Assembly: GCA_965644295.1 (NCBI GenBank)
Contig: CBFFRP010000621.1
Coordinates: forward strand, 1 to 8,663
Direction of reading: 5' to 3'
Source: Paraphysomonas bandaiensis
Taxonomy: Eukaryota > Protista > Chrysophyceae
Length of the DNA stretch: 8,663 nucleotides
Each line of letters begins with the position of its first letter. Position 1 is the stretch's first letter. Position numbers and translations under genes: made by a program. The notes below the pieces were generated by a model that was not told the DNA's origin, did not search any database, and saw nothing but the letters and a program-made list of their open reading frames with translations. Positions 8,629-8,663 of this stretch are shown here, one piece after another.

Positions 8629-8662
8629 CAGTAACATGCAACTGAAACGAAGTACAAGGAAT
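2..8662 (-). CDS. Partial CDS (no stop and no convincing start in window) of a giant Gly/Ser-rich tandem-repeat protein with a 91-aa unit; predicted beta-solenoid or fibrous protein of unknown function. The coding exon may begin at 8641 if 8642-8663 is intron.
   Basis: Manual translation of the reverse complement from 8662 gives IPCTSFQLHVTVGSGSGASGRGGSVYVTVGSGNSGSGGELMLSAGESSSESGGRLTIVTGSGTRGSSGALSLLTANAGSSGVSGQLVLSTGTSSRGNSGSLYIGSGSGAS..., ending ...IVSGYGSRGS at position 2 in the same frame. The unit length is 273 = 91 codons with no indels. No stop was found in the consensus or in the variants I inspected. Most differences between units fall at third codon positions. The hydrophobic/Gly pattern is protein-like. 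Confidence 0.92.
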   Translation of the reverse strand, partial: MPCTSFQLHVTVGSGSGASGRGGSVYVTVGSGNSGSGGELMLSAGESSSESGGRLTIVTGSGTRGSSGALSLLTANAGSSGVSGQLVLSTGTSSRGNSGSLYIGSGSGASGRGGSVYVTVGSGNSGSGGELMLSAGESSSESGGRLTIVTGSGTRGSSGSLSLFTANAGSSGVSGQLVMSTGTSSRGNSGSLYIGSGSGASGRGGSVYVTVGSGNSGSGGELMLSAGESSSESGGRLTIVTGYSSERSSGALSLLTANAGSSGVSGQLVLSTGTSSRGNSGSLYIGSGSGASGRGGSVYVTVGSGNSGSGGELMLSAGESSSESGGRLAIVTGFSSERSSGALSLLTANAGSSGVSGQLVLSTGTSSRGNSGSLYIGSGSGASGRGGSVYVTVGSGNSGSGGELMLSAGESSSESGGRLTIVTGYSSERSSGALSLLTANAGSSGVSGQLVLSTGTSSRGNSGSLYIGSGSGASGRGGSVYVTVGSGNSGSGGELMLSAGETSSESGGRLTIVTGSGTRGSSGALSLLTANAGSSGVSGQLVLSTGTSSKGNSGSLYIGSGSGASGRGGSVYVTVGSGNSGSGGELMLSAGESSSESGGRLTIVTGYSSERSSGALSLLTANAGSSGVSGQLVLSTGTSSRGNSGSLYIGSGSASSGRGGSVYVTVGSGNSGSGGELMLSAGESSSESGGRLTIVTGYSSERSSGALSLLTANAGSSGVSGQLVLSTGTSSRGNSGSLYIGSGSASSGRGGSVYVTVGSGNSGSGGELMLSAGESSSESGGRLTIVTGYSSERSSGALSLLTANAGSSGVSGQLVLSTGTSSRGNSGSLYIGSGSGASGRGGSVYVTVGSGNSGSGGELMLSAGESSSESGGRLTIVTGSGSVGSSGALSLLTANAGSSGVSGQLVLSTGTSSKGNSGSLYIGSGSGASGRGGSVYVTVGSGNSGSGGELMLSAGESSSESGGRLTIVTGYSSERSSGALSLLTANAGSSGVSGQLVLSTGTSSRGNSGSLYIGSGSGASGRGGSVYVTVGSGNSGSGGELMLSAGESSSESGGRLTIVTGFSSERSSGALSLLTANAGSSGVSGQLVLSTGTSSRGNSGSLYIGSGSGASGRGGSVYVTVGSGNSGSGGELMLSAGESSSESGGRLTIVTGYSSERSSGALSLLTANAGSSGVSGQLVLSTGTSSKGNSGSLYIGSGSGASGRGGSVYVTVGSGNSGSGGELMLSAGETSSESGGRLTIVTGSGTRGSSGSLSLFTANAGSSGVSGQLVLSTGTSSRGNSGSLYIGSGSGASGRGGSVYVTVGSGNSGSGGELMLSAGESSSESGGRLTIVTGSGSVGSSGALSLLTANAGSSGVSGQLVLSTGTSSRGNSGSLYIGSGSGASGRGGSVYVTVGSGNSGSGGELMLSAGESSSESGGRLTIVTGYSSERSSGALSLLTANAGSSGVSGQLVLSTGTSSRGNSGSLYIGSGSGASGRGGSVYVTVGSGNSGSGGELMLSAGESSSESGGRLTIVTGYSSERSSGALSLLTANAGSSGVSGQLVLSTGTSSKGNSGSLYIGSGSGASGRGGSVYVTVGSGNSGSGGELMLSAGESSSESGGRLTIVTGSGSVGSSGALSLLTANAGSSGVSGQLVLSTGTSSRGNSGSLYIGSGSASSGRGGSVYVTVGSGNSGSGGELALSAGTSSSQSGGRLTIVSGYGSRGSSGALSLLTANAGSSGVSGQLVLSTGTSSRGNSGSLYIGSGSASSGRGGSVYVTVGSGNSGSGGELMLSAGESSSESGGRLTIVTGFSSERSSGALSLLTANAGSSGVSGQLVLSTGTASKGNSGSLYIGSGSASSGRGGSVYVTVGSGNSGSGGELMLSAGESSSESGGRLTIVTGSGAVGSSGALSLLTANAGSSGVSGQLVLSTGTSSRGNSGSLYIGSGSASSGRGGSVYVTVGSGNSGSGGELALSAGTSSSQSGGRLTIVSGYGSRGSSGALSLLTANAGSSGVSGQLVLSTGTSSRGNSGSLYIGSGSGASGRGGSVYVTVGSGNSGSGGELALSAGTSSSQSGGRLTIVTGFSSERSSGSLSLLTANAGSSGVSGQLVLSTGTSSKGNSGSLYIGSGSGASGRGGSVYVTVGSGDSGSGGELMLSAGESSSESGGRLTVVSGYGSRGSSGALSLLTANAGSSGVSGQLVLSTGTSSRGNSGSLYIGSGSASSGRGGSVYVTVGSGNSGSGGELMLSAGESSSESGGRLTIVTGSGSEGSSGALSLLTANAGLSGVSGQLVLSTGTSSRGNSGSLYIGSGSGASGRGGSVYVTVGSGNSGSGGELMLSAGETSSESGGRLTIVTGSGSVGSSGALSLLTANAGSSGVSGQLVLSTGTSSKGNSGSLYIGSGSASSGRGGSVYVTVGSGDSGSGGELMLSAGESSSESGGRLTIVTGSGSVGSSGALSLLTANAGSSGVSGQLVLSTGTSSRGNSGSLYIGSGSGASGRGGSVYVTVGSGNSGSGGELMLSAGESSSESGGRLTIVTGYSSERSSGSLSLLTANAGSSGVSGQLVLSTGTSSRGNSGSLYIGSGSASSGRGGSVYVTVGSGNSGSGGELMLSAGESSSESGGRLTIVTGSGAVGSSGALSLLTANAGSSGVSGQLVLSTGTSSRGNSGSLYIGSGSASSGRGGSVYVTVGSGNSGSGGELALSAGTSSSQSGGRLTIVSGYGSRGSSGALSLLTANAGSSGVSGQLVLSTGTSSRGNSGSLYIGSGSGASGRGGSVYVTVGSGNSGSGGELALSAGTSSSQSGGRLAIVTGFSSERSSGALSLLTANAGSSGVSGQLVLSTGTSSRGNSGSLYIGSGSGSSGRGGSVYVTVGSGNSGSGGELALSAGTSSSQSGGRLTIVSGYGSRGS

Positions 8663-8663
8663 T
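8642..8663 (-). other. Putative intron 3' end (polypyrimidine tract plus CAG acceptor, phase 0)
   Basis: The minus strand reads AATTCCTTGTACTTCGTTTCAG|TTGCATGTTACTGTTGGC: a pyrimidine-rich tract ending in TTTCAG, 13 nt before the repeat array starts. In-frame translation of the tract (IPCTSFQ) contains Pro and Cys, which are absent from the repeat. Only 22 nt are visible. Confidence 0.45.

Overview
The window is almost entirely one tandem array: about 31.6 copies of an exact 273-bp unit (1..~8628; the marker CAATTGACC recurs every 273 bp from 215 to 8405, 31 times, with no indels). On the minus strand one reading frame (8662 down to 2, 2887 codons) has no stop. It encodes an internal fragment of a giant Gly/Ser-rich repeat protein with a 91-aa unit made of six 15-16-aa sub-repeats (SVYVTVGSGNSGSGG / ELMLSAGESSSESGG / RLTIVTGSGTRGSSG / ALSLLTANAGSSGVSG / QLVLSTGTSSRGNSG / SLYIGSGSGASGRGG), a pattern suggesting a long beta-solenoid fibre. 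The ORF track missed this frame, probably because it has no stop in the window, and all listed + strand ORFs look like antisense shadows. Amino-acid variation is concentrated in a 5-codon loop cassette (7 alleles) and one dimorphic sub-repeat, arranged in partial 3-unit and 8-unit higher-order patterns with a left-right gradient. The last ~22 nt look like a spliceosomal 3' acceptor on the minus strand, hinting at a giant exon of a eukaryotic (possibly stramenopile or algal) gene. No RNA genes, mobile elements or CRISPR arrays are supported.
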